A stretch of DNA of 64,000 nt from Thermodesulfobacteriota bacterium (GTDB lineage Bacteria; Desulfobacterota; Desulfarculia; JACQYL01): NCBI GenBank assembly GCA_963675595.2, contig CAXXLZ010000002.1, forward strand, positions 960,001-1,024,000, given 5' to 3'. Numbering within the stretch: the first letter of the stretch is position 1; every line of letters begins with the position of its first letter. The notes under the pieces are model-generated. The model was not told the origin of the DNA and ran no database searches. It saw only the letters and a list, made by a program, of their open reading frames with translations. Made by a program: the position numbers and the translations under genes. This document shows positions 19,702 through 32,848 of the stretch, piece after piece.

Positions 19702-21639
19702 TTAGTCCATCCCATCGTCCGGAATCTCCGGGTCCGAAGGCTCTTTGGGCATGGATCCGGACCCCACGCCCGGCGCTCCCCCGCTGTTGATATTCACCGC
19801 CGTTCCCTGGATGCTGATCCCCGCGGGCCCGATGTCGATAAAGCCCCCCGCGCCCACGAGGGACAGTTGCAGACCGGATTCGATCACGATCTTCATGCCG
19901 GCTTTCAGATGGATTTCCTGGCCCACTTCATGCGCGTACACCATCCCCGTCTTTTCATTCCGCTTCATGCCCACTTCGAGGGACATTTCGTTGTCGATCT
20001 TCTCCATGTGGTCCTTCTTGACATGAAGATGCTTGTCTTTCTCGACGATTTCCTTCTGATTCCCCTCAACGGTCAGATGACGGTCGGTTCCCGCATATTC
20101 CCTGCACTCCTTTTCCACGCGGATGTGTATATCCTTTTCCGCATTGATGAATATCTTTTCTTCACCCTTCTTGTCTTCAAACCGAATCTCGTTGAAGTTG
20201 GATCCTCCGCCCTGCTTGGAGCTTCGGCTCTTGAGGCCGCTGCGCGTCTGGTGATTCGGCAGGGCGTACGGTGGCATGCGCTCCGCGTTGTAGGCGCGCC
20301 CCACAATGATGGGCCGATCGGGGTCCCCCTCCAGAAAGGCGACGATGACCTCCTGGCCGATTCTCGGGATGTGAATCCCGCCCCATTCGCTGCCGGCCCA
20401 CAACTGGGACACGCGAATCCAGCAGGAGCTCTTGTCGTCCCGTTTCCCTTCCCGATCCCAGTGAAATTGGACCTTTACCCGGCCGTACTTGTCCGTGTAG
20501 ATTTCTTCCCCTTTGGGTCCGACCACCATGGCGGTTTGCGCACCGTGAACAATGGGTTTGGGCGTCTTGCGCGAGGTCCTGTAGGGCACTTCCTTGGGGA
20601 TGCACTGAAACGAGTTGGCATAGTAGGGATGGGATCGACCTTCGATCACATTGCTGCCTCCCGAGTGTTCCACCGACGTAAGGAAATAGCCGGCATTGAA
20701 GTCCGGCCGGAAGTGATCGGTCAGGTCGAAGGAATAGCCGGGGATGAGCGAGCAGCAGTCTCCGTTGCCGCTGATGCGGGTGTGAGGCGTTTCCTGTTCT
20801 TCCATTCTCAGTTTGGCGTACCGCTCCCCCTCCCCACGCTTGCCGTATTGACCCGGATATTCATACACTTCGAGATCGTCGTTTCTTCCTTCCTGCATGA
20901 TGGTGGGCACTTCCACGGACAAGTCCAAGGAAGGCGTCTCGAAGTTGTAGTCCCGGGCGGCGTATCGCGCGGTACGAATTTCCATGCGGTACAACCATTC
21001 CGTGACGGCGTCCCCCGTTTGGGGGCCGCCCATGGGCGCGTACGGCACCTTGGACTGATCCGGACAAGCGTCCACGCCGGCCGAGGAGTCCATAAGCACC
21101 AAAATATGCTTGTCGGAGGAGTGTTCGAAGAAATAGAAGATGCCTTCTTCCTCCATGAGCCTCGATACGAACGCGAAATCCGTTTCCTGGTACTGTACGC
21201 AGTACACCCTGGGATCATATTGCCCGGTGAGTTGCATTCTGAAATCATCGAATCCCAAGTCATCGAAAATCTGTTCAATGATGTCCGGTACGGATTTTTC
21301 CTGGAAGATGCGACTGTCCGCGGTTCGCGTGAGGTTCCACAACCAAGGCACCAGGACCGCATGATACCGAACGAAACCGGCCTCTTGGGAACCCTGTGCG
21401 AAATGACTGAGACAGCCGTTGATGTGACGCCGGCCGCCGAAATCATTGGCGATGGAAATGGTGGCCGGCTCCCCCACAATGTCACTGAACGAAATGGAGG
21501 GATTGTTGGAAAGCAAGTCCACTTCGAATTCGAACAGACCGGAAACCGCTTCCCGACCTGAAAAACGCTCCAGCAGAAGTTCGTCTTCTCCAAGGGTGGA
21601 TTTGAATTTGATCAGTCGTTCCGTTTGGGTGACGGGCAT
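19702..21639 (-). CDS. vgrG: T6SS spike VgrG (TssI), no evolved effector extension
   Basis: YCVQYQETDFAFVSRLMEEEGI, DKYGRVKVQFHWDR and PRIGQEVIVAFLEGDPDRP motifs. Confidence 0.97.
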   Translation of the reverse strand: MPVTQTERLIKFKSTLGEDELLLERFSGREAVSGLFEFEVDLLSNNPSISFSDIVGEPATISIANDFGGRRHINGCLSHFAQGSQEAGFVRYHAVLVPWLWNLTRTADSRIFQEKSVPDIIEQIFDDLGFDDFRMQLTGQYDPRVYCVQYQETDFAFVSRLMEEEGIFYFFEHSSDKHILVLMDSSAGVDACPDQSKVPYAPMGGPQTGDAVTEWLYRMEIRTARYAARDYNFETPSLDLSVEVPTIMQEGRNDDLEVYEYPGQYGKRGEGERYAKLRMEEQETPHTRISGNGDCCSLIPGYSFDLTDHFRPDFNAGYFLTSVEHSGGSNVIEGRSHPYYANSFQCIPKEVPYRTSRKTPKPIVHGAQTAMVVGPKGEEIYTDKYGRVKVQFHWDREGKRDDKSSCWIRVSQLWAGSEWGGIHIPRIGQEVIVAFLEGDPDRPIIVGRAYNAERMPPYALPNHQTRSGLKSRSSKQGGGSNFNEIRFEDKKGEEKIFINAEKDIHIRVEKECREYAGTDRHLTVEGNQKEIVEKDKHLHVKKDHMEKIDNEMSLEVGMKRNEKTGMVYAHEVGQEIHLKAGMKIVIESGLQLSLVGAGGFIDIGPAGISIQGTAVNINSGGAPGVGSGSMPKEPSDPEIPDDGMD

Positions 21640-21715
21640 AGAAGAGCCTCGTAGAAATCCTTATGCTGAGATATTGGCTTGAATTGGCGCGCAATCTTCA
21701 CTAATTCAATTGGAT

Positions 21716-22159
21716 TTACCCCCTAGAACCTCCAGAAATAAATTTGCTCGGTCTCTTTCGTGATTCTTTGCTTATATCTTTACCGTCCCTGAGTAATGAA
21801 GGCTTATTCCCGAATTTTGCCCATCGACAGCCTTCATCGACAATACCCTTACAACCAGTTATTGCGCCCACCGCTATCCAAAATATTCCGATAAAATATG
21901 CTTTTCCTTTATCGACAATGAATGTATTCTTGCAGGTACTAAAAGCTCTTTCTGAGTATTGTTTTAGTTTAAGATCAGTAAGACATAGTTCGCTATTTGT
22001 TTTTGCCGCCAACAAATTACCCATTAGTTTATCTTCAATGGCCTTTTCTACTAATATATCAAACATATCGCCTGCTTCCTCACCAGATACGCCTAATCTT
22101 ATCGTCATAATATTGGAAAAAACTGCTTTTGGATTTGCGACCGACTTATAAAGTTCCAT
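21716..22159 (-). CDS. Hypothetical AT-rich protein with one hydrophobic segment
   Basis: 147-aa ORF with GGAG/GAGG RBS upstream, between clpV and vgrG. Confidence 0.5.
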   Translation of the reverse strand: MELYKSVANPKAVFSNIMTIRLGVSGEEAGDMFDILVEKAIEDKLMGNLLAAKTNSELCLTDLKLKQYSERAFSTCKNTFIVDKGKAYFIGIFWIAVGAITGCKGIVDEGCRWAKFGNKPSLLRDGKDISKESRKRPSKFISGGSRG

Positions 22160-22172
22160 CCTCTTTCTCCAA

Positions 22173-22449
22173 TTAGTCTGCGTTCAGCATTCTAAAATTT
22201 TCGGCATATTCATCACCGCTGATCTTGAGAAACTTGGGCGGATCGGTTGGTATTTGCACGCGGACCCACATCCTGGTGGGGATTCTTCCCACCTCCACGA
22301 CTACCAACTCCACTCCGGGAATCATGTAGCCGTGAAGCCGGGCGCACTCGGAAGCGTAGGTCCAATGGCGTATCCTTTCGTTGCGAATATCGCGCATGGG
22401 CGTTATTTTCATCCCGACCTGCAAGGCCTTGATCATGTCCTCACGTGTC

Positions 22450-22463
<14 letters not shown>
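22173..22463 (-). CDS. Small hypothetical protein (~96 aa)
   Basis: ATG 22463 overlaps the 3' end of clpV; no motif recognised. Confidence 0.55.
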
Positions 22464-25146
<2,683 letters not shown>

Positions 25147-25191
25147 GTAGAGTCTCCTAATAGACTGATTTCGAAGCGACTTTTTTGATGA

Positions 25192-26220
25192 TCAAAAAAC
25201 CGCGCTATCGGCATCCTGCATAAACGGCCCGCTCTTGAGCCAAGTCGTCAAGCCGAGCTTGCCGGTGGCGCCGGAAAGCTTGCAATAGGGGACTTCTTCC
25301 TTATTCAGAATCAATTGAATATCGTATTCCATATTCATTCCAATGGAATAACGAACCAATTGGTGAAGGGCGGTATTGGCGTTTCCACCCGGCAGAAAGT
25401 CTTGAAATTTTGGCCAGGACAAGGGGCCAACGACCAGACGAAACGCGAATTGACGATCCCAAACAGCCTCTCCTACGACGGCGTCCAGACCGAGTCGGCA
25501 ATTTTCCAGTCCGAGTCGTGTCTGGTCGGATTCTCTGATTTCATAGGCTCGGAGGCGAAACTGTTCCACGTCGATATTGACCGAAAAGAAGTCGCTCAGC
25601 ACGGCCGTCAGGGCAGACGCCGAACGCGGCAACTGCCCCAACAGGCCCCCGTAATAGCAGAGGGACGAATCCTCCACGCCGTGGGAATTGTCCTTTAGCC
25701 TCCCTTGCAAGCCGTTGGTGCCGAGTCCGATCACGTCCAGCACGTACCTGTTTAGGGCCGTCTCGGCTTTTCGCTCATGGGAAACTACAAAGGAGTGCTT
25801 CTCCCACGCGTCGTAAAACAAACTGATGAATTTGTGATTGAAGATGTCGAAGAAGGCCCGCGCCTGCTGTCTGACCTTCGACGAATTGGGTTCCAGCAAG
25901 GCCTCTGTGTAATGCCTCGGCAACACTCCCTTGAGCCCCACCAAGCCCATAAAGGTCACCGTCATTCGGAAAGGATCGAGGGCATCTTGTCCACCCTTAG
26001 GGGGAGATTCCAGCGAATGGAGCGCGCTGGCGGGGAATTCCAGGGAAGGCAGCGTTCCGAATCGGACCACGTCATCCGTCTCCACGGGAACGCGAACTCC
26101 CTTCGCTTGTCCCATGAAGCTTTTCAGGATTCGAACCGCTTGAAAAAAATCGAAGCGATACGGTTCCCGCAACATGCTTCGGATCAGATCAGAAACCGGT
26201 TTCCAGCCCTCGGAGGCCAT
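25192..26220 (-). CDS. tssG: T6SS baseplate TssG
   Basis: EPYRFDFFQAVR, FMGLVG..G.LP.HYT and FFDIFNH motifs. Confidence 0.95.
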   Translation of the reverse strand: MASEGWKPVSDLIRSMLREPYRFDFFQAVRILKSFMGQAKGVRVPVETDDVVRFGTLPSLEFPASALHSLESPPKGGQDALDPFRMTVTFMGLVGLKGVLPRHYTEALLEPNSSKVRQQARAFFDIFNHKFISLFYDAWEKHSFVVSHERKAETALNRYVLDVIGLGTNGLQGRLKDNSHGVEDSSLCYYGGLLGQLPRSASALTAVLSDFFSVNIDVEQFRLRAYEIRESDQTRLGLENCRLGLDAVVGEAVWDRQFAFRLVVGPLSWPKFQDFLPGGNANTALHQLVRYSIGMNMEYDIQLILNKEEVPYCKLSGATGKLGLTTWLKSGPFMQDADSAVF

Positions 26221-28025
26221 TTAGCCAGCACCTTTTCTCTTTGCTTGGTGGTCACAATGAGCCGGGTGAAGCTGTTGGTCGCGCAGTACAATCCCAGGAA
26301 TCGCTCCAATACGCACGATAAGAGATACACACCGCTTCCCGTGTATTCGTCTTCGTCGAACTGGATGGAAACTTCGGTACCGCGGCAGAAAGCGGACTGA
26401 TGAGAAGGTCCCACATACGCCGTACAGGGAACGCTCTTGATGTCGGTGATTCCTTGGATGTGCTTTCGAACGGCCAAGGAATGGGTGTAATTATAGAGAT
26501 TTAATATCTCGAGAAAGGCCTCTCGGCCGCTGTCCACAATGGACAGATGGTTCAGGCTCAGGTGAGAAATGAGGCGCCACTGGCTTTCCTTTCCCCGGAA
26601 AGGTCTGATCACCGGCGTCGGCTTCCGAAGACACATTGCTTTGGACACGACGCCGCCTTCTTCGCAGAAGAGCTCCCCGGGTCTCCCTCCCAAAGGAAGC
26701 AGTGAAGGCAGGTCTCTGTTGCTGCCGGTGATTCCAACGGTTAAAGTTTCAATTCCGGTCTTGGAACTCAAATCCCTGTCCGCGAGCCAGATATAGACTT
26801 CCGTGCCTTTGTCGTCTCTTGAAGCGGAAAAGCGACGAGTGGCATGCCAGTAGACCTCGCGGCCCGGGGTGTCATAGGCGTGCTTGAACGCAAACATGGG
26901 GCGGCATTGGGTAACCGTATCCTTTCCCGCCTTGGTGGTGACTTTTTTCACCGAATCGACGGAATAGACTTCCATCCCCTGAGGACGTCGAATGTCCGGA
27001 ATGATTTTGTATTCGGGGTTTGCATGCGTCAGGCGTATGGGTTCCGCCGTGTGCTGGAACAGGTTGACGATCGGCGTGCAATGCAGGCGGAAGCTGGAGG
27101 CTCCTACCGTCTTTTCGAGGTAGTTCAGACGATCTCCGCGTTCCGTCTCGCTGAAACTGAAAACCAGCTCCATTTCTCGTCCCGGGTTTTCGGCGGCGGA
27201 CTCGGCGAGATTCCCAATGTCGAAGAACAGAAACTTCTCAGGAAAAACAAAGTACTCGTGAAGAAGCCGGTATCCCAGGAACGACCTGGCATCGTAAGGC
27301 AGAAGTCCTTCCTCCGGCTCATACCCAACGGGCTTGACGCAGCCGGCGGGCAGCTGAACGGAAGTATCCTCTTCGCCCACTTTCCAGTTGAGGAAGACCG
27401 CTTGAGTGCTGTTGAACAGCAACTCGTAAAGCGTGTGGCCGGTTTGCCCGTCTCCGTCCAGAAAGAAACGCAGGCGGTCGATCTTCAGTGACTTGAACGT
27501 GAGTTCGTGGAGGCATCGAAGGCGGATTCGGAGGACATGGTGAACCTTTCCGGCATAGGAGCCGAAGGGATGCCGCTCGGGCCTTTCAAATCGGGCGTCC
27601 GATACTTCCAAAGGCCAAGCCTCCACCGGGTAGCCGGTGCGAAACTTACACGGCATCCCGCGAAAGGGCTGGGTGAGCAACACCGTTCCCGATGGAATAA
27701 CCTGCTTGGAAGTGAACTTGGTTTCACGCGAGCTCACATCAAACTGCGCAATGGACATCGAAGGAATGGGACGGGTGTAGTGGGGATAGAGGATGTCCAA
27801 GAAAGCGTCGGTGATCTCCGGGTAGGCTTCGTCCAGTTTCTTGCGTACCCGAGCGGCCAGAAAGGCGCAGCCTTCCAGCAGGCGTTCGACGTGGGGATCG
27901 TCGCAGGCTTCGCCGTGAAGCAGCAGTCGGTTCGCTATTTCCGGGTATTGAAGAGCGAATTCCTTGCTCAGGCGCCTCAAAGAGGCCAGTTCTCTTTCAT
28001 AATACGGTAGAATATCTTCGAACAT
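26184..28025 (-). CDS. tssF: T6SS baseplate TssF
   Basis: YYERELASL, DPHVERLLEG and WRLISHLSLNHLS motifs. Confidence 0.97.
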   Translation of the reverse strand: MFEDILPYYERELASLRRLSKEFALQYPEIANRLLLHGEACDDPHVERLLEGCAFLAARVRKKLDEAYPEITDAFLDILYPHYTRPIPSMSIAQFDVSSRETKFTSKQVIPSGTVLLTQPFRGMPCKFRTGYPVEAWPLEVSDARFERPERHPFGSYAGKVHHVLRIRLRCLHELTFKSLKIDRLRFFLDGDGQTGHTLYELLFNSTQAVFLNWKVGEEDTSVQLPAGCVKPVGYEPEEGLLPYDARSFLGYRLLHEYFVFPEKFLFFDIGNLAESAAENPGREMELVFSFSETERGDRLNYLEKTVGASSFRLHCTPIVNLFQHTAEPIRLTHANPEYKIIPDIRRPQGMEVYSVDSVKKVTTKAGKDTVTQCRPMFAFKHAYDTPGREVYWHATRRFSASRDDKGTEVYIWLADRDLSSKTGIETLTVGITGSNRDLPSLLPLGGRPGELFCEEGGVVSKAMCLRKPTPVIRPFRGKESQWRLISHLSLNHLSIVDSGREAFLEILNLYNYTHSLAVRKHIQGITDIKSVPCTAYVGPSHQSAFCRGTEVSIQFDEDEYTGSGVYLLSCVLERFLGLYCATNSFTRLIVTTKQREKVLAKWPPRAGNRFLI

Positions 28026-28573
28026 TACCTTGCGCTTCGAACATCACATTTCTGACTGGTTAGATCGACAATGGTATCAAAGGTGATCGGCTCTCCCGCA
28101 GGCTCCACTCTGAGCAGCGCGTCAATGCGAAACTTGAGGGTTCGATTTCCTTCATCTTGAGATTCCAGGAATACTCTGATTCGAGTCAATCTCGGCTCAA
28201 AGGACGACAGAGTTTGTTCGAGCAGCCGTTGGATGAGGGCCCGATCTTTCGGGTTATCCAACGTCAAGGAGCCCAGGTCGGGCAGGCCGTAGTTCAGCAG
28301 AGAGCTCCTGGTCTCTTCAAAATCCTCCGGCAGTTCTTCCATGGCCTCCCGACGACAGTTCAACAATTCCTCAAGATCGTGAACCACTCTGGTCTTGAGC
28401 ATTTCCATGGAGTACCGCGCCGGCATAGGTGCCGTTTCCAAACTCTCATTTCCCGAGTGTTCCTGTGACCTCAAGTTGGAAGCACGCCGTCTCGATCCGA
28501 TATCCAGAAGTCGGTCCATGACTGAAGGAACAAAACGAATGTTTGATGTGGACAGCGGCATAGAATTTTTCAT
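28025..28573 (-). CDS. tssE: T6SS gp25-like TssE
   Basis: PSVMDRL, DLEELLNCR, LLNYGLPD and FEPRL motifs. Confidence 0.93.
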   Translation of the reverse strand: MKNSMPLSTSNIRFVPSVMDRLLDIGSRRRASNLRSQEHSGNESLETAPMPARYSMEMLKTRVVHDLEELLNCRREAMEELPEDFEETRSSLLNYGLPDLGSLTLDNPKDRALIQRLLEQTLSSFEPRLTRIRVFLESQDEGNRTLKFRIDALLRVEPAGEPITFDTIVDLTSQKCDVRSAR

Positions 28574-28698
28574 ATCATACTACTTATTGATTATGGTTAC
28601 ACAGAATTTCTTTCAACCTAAATGGTGCTTGAATACAGACTTTATTCTATTAAATATATATAATACGTTTTCTATTTGTCTTACAAAAATTTGTCAAA

Positions 28699-29706
28699 TC
28701 AAAACTTGACAATCCTAGGGACTATACTCCAAATATTTGTGTATCCATCACGTAAGGATGTGAAATAGAGTCTATTATCAGGAGACCATTTCCAAGAAGG
28801 AGAACAATCAATAGCCTTATGACCGGTTAATTGAGTTAAGGCGGTTGCGTCTCTTTCTATCACCCAGATATCGTTTCCTCTCTTACCAAAGACATCATAA
28901 TAGGCATCCTCATCACCGTGAGATGCTTTCATAACTATTTTAGCGGTTGGAACTTCTTTGCCCTGAGAAGAGAACACTATTTTCGTCCCGTCGGGAGACC
29001 AGTCTGGGGTTCGGTAGCTCTCCTCAGTAGAGCTCATGATCATGGTCTCTTCATCGCCATGGTCGTTAATAATCCAAATGGAACTATGCCTGTTTTTCTC
29101 TTCATTTGGCCGCTCGAAGGCAATGAAATTATCGACAGGAGAATATTTTGGGAACTTTCCGGGGGCAATTGCTGTTATTGCTTCGGTCGCTAAATCCATA
29201 ACCCATATTGACCAGTATTGATCTAAGGGATTGTATCGGCAAAAGGCCAACCTTTTCCCATCGTGCGACCATGTAGGACTTATTTCATGATCCTCTGTGA
29301 ATGTAAGTTGCGTCTTAGCTTTTCCACCTTTTGTATTCATTACGAATATATCGTAATTTCCGTTGCGTTCGGATGCAAAAGCTATTTTCTCTCCATCAGG
29401 AGAAAAAGCAGGATGTATGTCCGCAGTCTTACTGAATGTCATACGTGTCATAGTTTTCGAATCAGGGGATTTAACATAGATATCTTCGTTTCCGCCTTTT
29501 TTAACTACGAAAGCGAGTCGCTTTCCATCTGGAGATATACAAGGTTGCCCATAGTAGACATCTTCGGTATCTGAATAAGTATTTTGCCTCAGATCTCTGA
29601 ACGTATATCCCAAACCAATTAAAGTTTCCGGTTTTGGTTGTTTCGATGAGCATCCAAAAACGAGACATATCATAGATGCCACAAGCATTGTTCTTAATAT
29701 TTTCAT
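28699..29706 (-). CDS. TolB-like (PD40) beta-propeller lipoprotein
   Basis: Lipobox LVFGC; repeated P.[FW]SPDG..[IL]AF motifs; AT-rich. Confidence 0.88.
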   Translation of the reverse strand: MKILRTMLVASMICLVFGCSSKQPKPETLIGLGYTFRDLRQNTYSDTEDVYYGQPCISPDGKRLAFVVKKGGNEDIYVKSPDSKTMTRMTFSKTADIHPAFSPDGEKIAFASERNGNYDIFVMNTKGGKAKTQLTFTEDHEISPTWSHDGKRLAFCRYNPLDQYWSIWVMDLATEAITAIAPGKFPKYSPVDNFIAFERPNEEKNRHSSIWIINDHGDEETMIMSSTEESYRTPDWSPDGTKIVFSSQGKEVPTAKIVMKASHGDEDAYYDVFGKRGNDIWVIERDATALTQLTGHKAIDCSPSWKWSPDNRLYFTSLRDGYTNIWSIVPRIVKF

Positions 29707-30113
29707 ATCCGTTTCCCTTTTTTCAGTATAAACATGATAGAGTGAACATTTAATTGTACCGTCAACATTATTGAGTTATGAGTCGTGAAAGCGACTTATC
29801 TATCCGAATGAAACAGAAGCAAACGGTGGTTACGGAATTCCTTAATCATATCATTGAATATGCCACACCGGATTTCTTCTCATCTTCGCCTTCTGAACAA
29901 TAAATAATAATCGTTAGTTACACTGTAGTCTAAGTTGAATCGTTTTTTGACGCAAGAGTGCCCTAATAACACTGTAATAACAGCGATATTAGTGCAGTGC
30001 CCCCTTCCATTAAATAGTACGCAGTAGAGGGCCTGATTCGGCAAATGAGTGTTACAAAAATTCAACGACGAAGAATGAACTAATTCACACCATCGACACC
30101 GAAAAATTGATGA

Positions 30114-30605
30114 TTACAGCTTCTTGTTCGCCTCTAAATCCCATCCCGTCTTTTGAGTCTTTGCCGGCTTGCCCATCGAGTCCGACCCAGCGTATTCCCA
30201 ACGGATTTTGCCGTAGTTGAAGGACACTTCCTCAAGGGGCTTCGAGTCTCCGCCTTGGGAAGCACCGCCCGGACGGACACCGGACACAATGGCATTTTCC
30301 AGTATGTATTTCATATAGGGATGTTTGTCTCCAGTTGCCTCACACAATTCCACTTCGATTTTCTTGATGTGTCGGCCGTCGCAGCAGGCAAGGGCCAGTA
30401 TGGGGCTTGAAATATCCAAAACTTTGACTATCGACAAATCGTCAAAGTCGGCCCTTTCCGCGGAGCGCCCTCCGGTTGCGCTTGCAGCCGACGCAGGTTG
30501 GCTCACGCCGAGATTGTAGGATAGAATCTCGATCCACTGTTTGTGCTTGTCGTCGGAGCACTCACCATCAATACCGTCGATCTTCACGAACGCATCAAAC
30601 GCCAT
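30114..30605 (-). CDS. hcp: T6SS tube protein Hcp (TssD)
   Basis: AFVKIDGIDGECSDDKHKQWIEI, EEVSFNYGKI.WEY and GWDL..NK motifs. Confidence 0.96.
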   Translation of the reverse strand: MAFDAFVKIDGIDGECSDDKHKQWIEILSYNLGVSQPASAASATGGRSAERADFDDLSIVKVLDISSPILALACCDGRHIKKIEVELCEATGDKHPYMKYILENAIVSGVRPGGASQGGDSKPLEEVSFNYGKIRWEYAGSDSMGKPAKTQKTGWDLEANKKL

Positions 30606-30655
30606 TTCTGCTCTCCTTTGGAATCGGTTTCGCTGATTGCCTTTTCGATAAACGG

Positions 30656-32164
30656 CTAACCTTGTTGAGCTTGCGCCGGCAGATCCGCCACCAAACGCAA
30701 GGATACTCCTAGTTCCTCCAACTGATAATGCGGCTTCAGGAAGGCCACGGCTTTGTACGATCCGGGTTTGCCCGGAACCTCGGCTACCTCGATTCTAGCC
30801 TCACGGAGAGGATAGCGTGCTTTCATCTCCTGCCCCGCTTCCTCCGTACCCAATACGTAGTCCATGATCCATCGGTTCAAAAAAGATTCGGCCTCATTGC
30901 GAGTCATGAATGAGCCGATGCGGTCCCGCATCATGGCTTTCAAATAATGCGCAAAACGGGACGTGGCCATGAGGTATTGGAGTTGGGACGACAGGCGTGC
31001 ATTGGCCGTGGCTGCGTCGGTATTGTACTTTTTCGGTTTCTGAGCGGATTGTGTTGAGAAGACGGCCGCGTAGTCCGTTCCTTTGCAATGGACCAGCGGG
31101 ATGAAGCCGAGGTCGGCCAGCTCCTTTTCCCTCCGGTCGGTAATGGCGATTTCCGTCGGACATTTCAGCGCCACTTCCCCCTCGTCCGTCGAGAACGTGT
31201 GCGTGGGCAAGCCCTCAATGAGACCGCCGCCCTCCACGCCTCGAATCGCCGTGCACCATCCGTATTTGGCGAATGCGTCCGTCAAACGGGCGGCAACCGC
31301 ATAGGCGGCATTGGTCCATAGGTATTTGTCGTGGTGCTTTCCGTCCACGTCTTCTTCGAAGTTGAAGGCTTCAACCGGCACGGTTTTCGACCCATAGGGC
31401 AGACGTCCCAACACGTGCGGAAGGGTCAGGCCCACGTATCTGGAATCTTCCGACTCCCGGAAGGATTTCCATTTGGCATACTCCGTCGTATCGAATATCT
31501 TGGCCAGGTCCCTTGGTCCCGACAGGTCGGTGAAATGATCCCATCCGAACATTTGGGATGAAGCCGCGCTGATGAAAGGCGCGTGTGCCGCGGCCGCCAC
31601 ATGCGAGAACTGCTCCAGCAGGAAGATGTCTTCTGGATGATTGCCGAACTCGAAGTCACCCACAAGAGCGCCGTAAGGCGTTCCACCGAAGGTGCCGTAC
31701 TCTTCTTCATAGACTTTCTTGAACACGCTGCTCTGGTCGAATTCGGGCGCCCGTTTGAAATCCTTGATCAGCTCCTTCTTCGTGGCGTTGAATACGGTCA
31801 ACTTCAAAGAAGTGCCGGTCTCCGATTGATGCACCAGATAGTGCAGCCCTCTCCAGGATGCCTCCAACTTCTGGAAAGGTTCGGCATGCATGATTTCATT
31901 GAGCTGTTCGGACAGAAGGCCGTCTATTTCGGCAATGCGGGCATCGATCCCGGCTGCGATGTCGTCGGAAACAACAATGGACTCGTCCATGACCTGGCTG
32001 ACGAATTCGGCTATCAGGTCCTTTGCTCGAGTCTTCTCATCTTCGGATCGGGCCACACGGCTCTCCGAAATAATGGCGTCCAGCAAACTCGGCGCTTCTG
32101 CTGCGGCTTCTTCAACGGCGGTTTGCTCTTCAACAGAGGTCGCCTGCTCTTTTTCGTTGGTCAT
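30656..32164 (-). CDS. tssC: T6SS sheath large subunit TssC
   Basis: FQKLEASWRGL, YEEEYGTFGG and SRFAHYLK motifs. Confidence 0.97.
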   Translation of the reverse strand: MTNEKEQATSVEEQTAVEEAAAEAPSLLDAIISESRVARSEDEKTRAKDLIAEFVSQVMDESIVVSDDIAAGIDARIAEIDGLLSEQLNEIMHAEPFQKLEASWRGLHYLVHQSETGTSLKLTVFNATKKELIKDFKRAPEFDQSSVFKKVYEEEYGTFGGTPYGALVGDFEFGNHPEDIFLLEQFSHVAAAAHAPFISAASSQMFGWDHFTDLSGPRDLAKIFDTTEYAKWKSFRESEDSRYVGLTLPHVLGRLPYGSKTVPVEAFNFEEDVDGKHHDKYLWTNAAYAVAARLTDAFAKYGWCTAIRGVEGGGLIEGLPTHTFSTDEGEVALKCPTEIAITDRREKELADLGFIPLVHCKGTDYAAVFSTQSAQKPKKYNTDAATANARLSSQLQYLMATSRFAHYLKAMMRDRIGSFMTRNEAESFLNRWIMDYVLGTEEAGQEMKARYPLREARIEVAEVPGKPGSYKAVAFLKPHYQLEELGVSLRLVADLPAQAQQG

Positions 32165-32709
32165 CCCTCAGGTCCTCCCTCATCCGCGGGTTGTTCTTCC
32201 TTGGAGTTTCCGTAGCCCGTCTCCTCGCCAAGTTCCCGAAGCTTCTCCGTGCTCAGCACCACATCCTGAAGCAGCTCCTCCAATTTCTCGTTCCCGTGCA
32301 TCTTGTTCCTCAGGTCCGAAAGCTTCCGACGCAAGATGAGCAATTTGTTCAAGGGCTCAATCTGTTTAGCCACCTGCTCGGGTTCGAAGTCTTCCATCTT
32401 GTCGAAATTGACTTCGATCCCGAGCTTACCCTCTCCGGTCAGTTTGTTGGGCACCGATAATTGCAATCGAGGCTTCATCCCTTTCAATACGTCATCGAAG
32501 TTGTCTCGATCGATATTGACAAACTTTCGTTCCTTCATAGGCGGCAGAGGATCCTTGGGTGCTCCCGAGAAATCCCCGACCACTCCGAGTTGAAACGGAA
32601 GTTCCTTCTGTTCAATGGCGCCCGCTATCTCCACATCATACGTAATTTGAACACGCGGCGGACGAACACGGTCCAACGTATGCTGAGTACTTTCCTTTGC
32701 CATAACCAC
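32161..32709 (-). CDS. tssB: T6SS sheath small subunit TssB
   Basis: RPPRVQITYDVE, ELPF and KFVNIDRDNFD motifs. Confidence 0.97.
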   Translation of the reverse strand: MVMAKESTQHTLDRVRPPRVQITYDVEIAGAIEQKELPFQLGVVGDFSGAPKDPLPPMKERKFVNIDRDNFDDVLKGMKPRLQLSVPNKLTGEGKLGIEVNFDKMEDFEPEQVAKQIEPLNKLLILRRKLSDLRNKMHGNEKLEELLQDVVLSTEKLRELGEETGYGNSKEEQPADEGGPEG

Positions 32710-32848
32710 GCCCCTTTGTTGACTTGAAAAATTTGTGCTTCTCTTTGTAAATGATCTTTGAGAATCCGCTCCGAAGTTAATGTGACCATCGGAATCAGTC
32801 GTTCACTATAACGCTCCAATTTCCAATCAGGCGATCTCCGTCCCGACC

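Noticed and set aside
29850-29866. Sigma-54 promoter TGGCATATTCAATGAT upstream of the propeller gene
   Set aside because: The -24 GG is present but the conserved -12 GC is missing; too weak to call.
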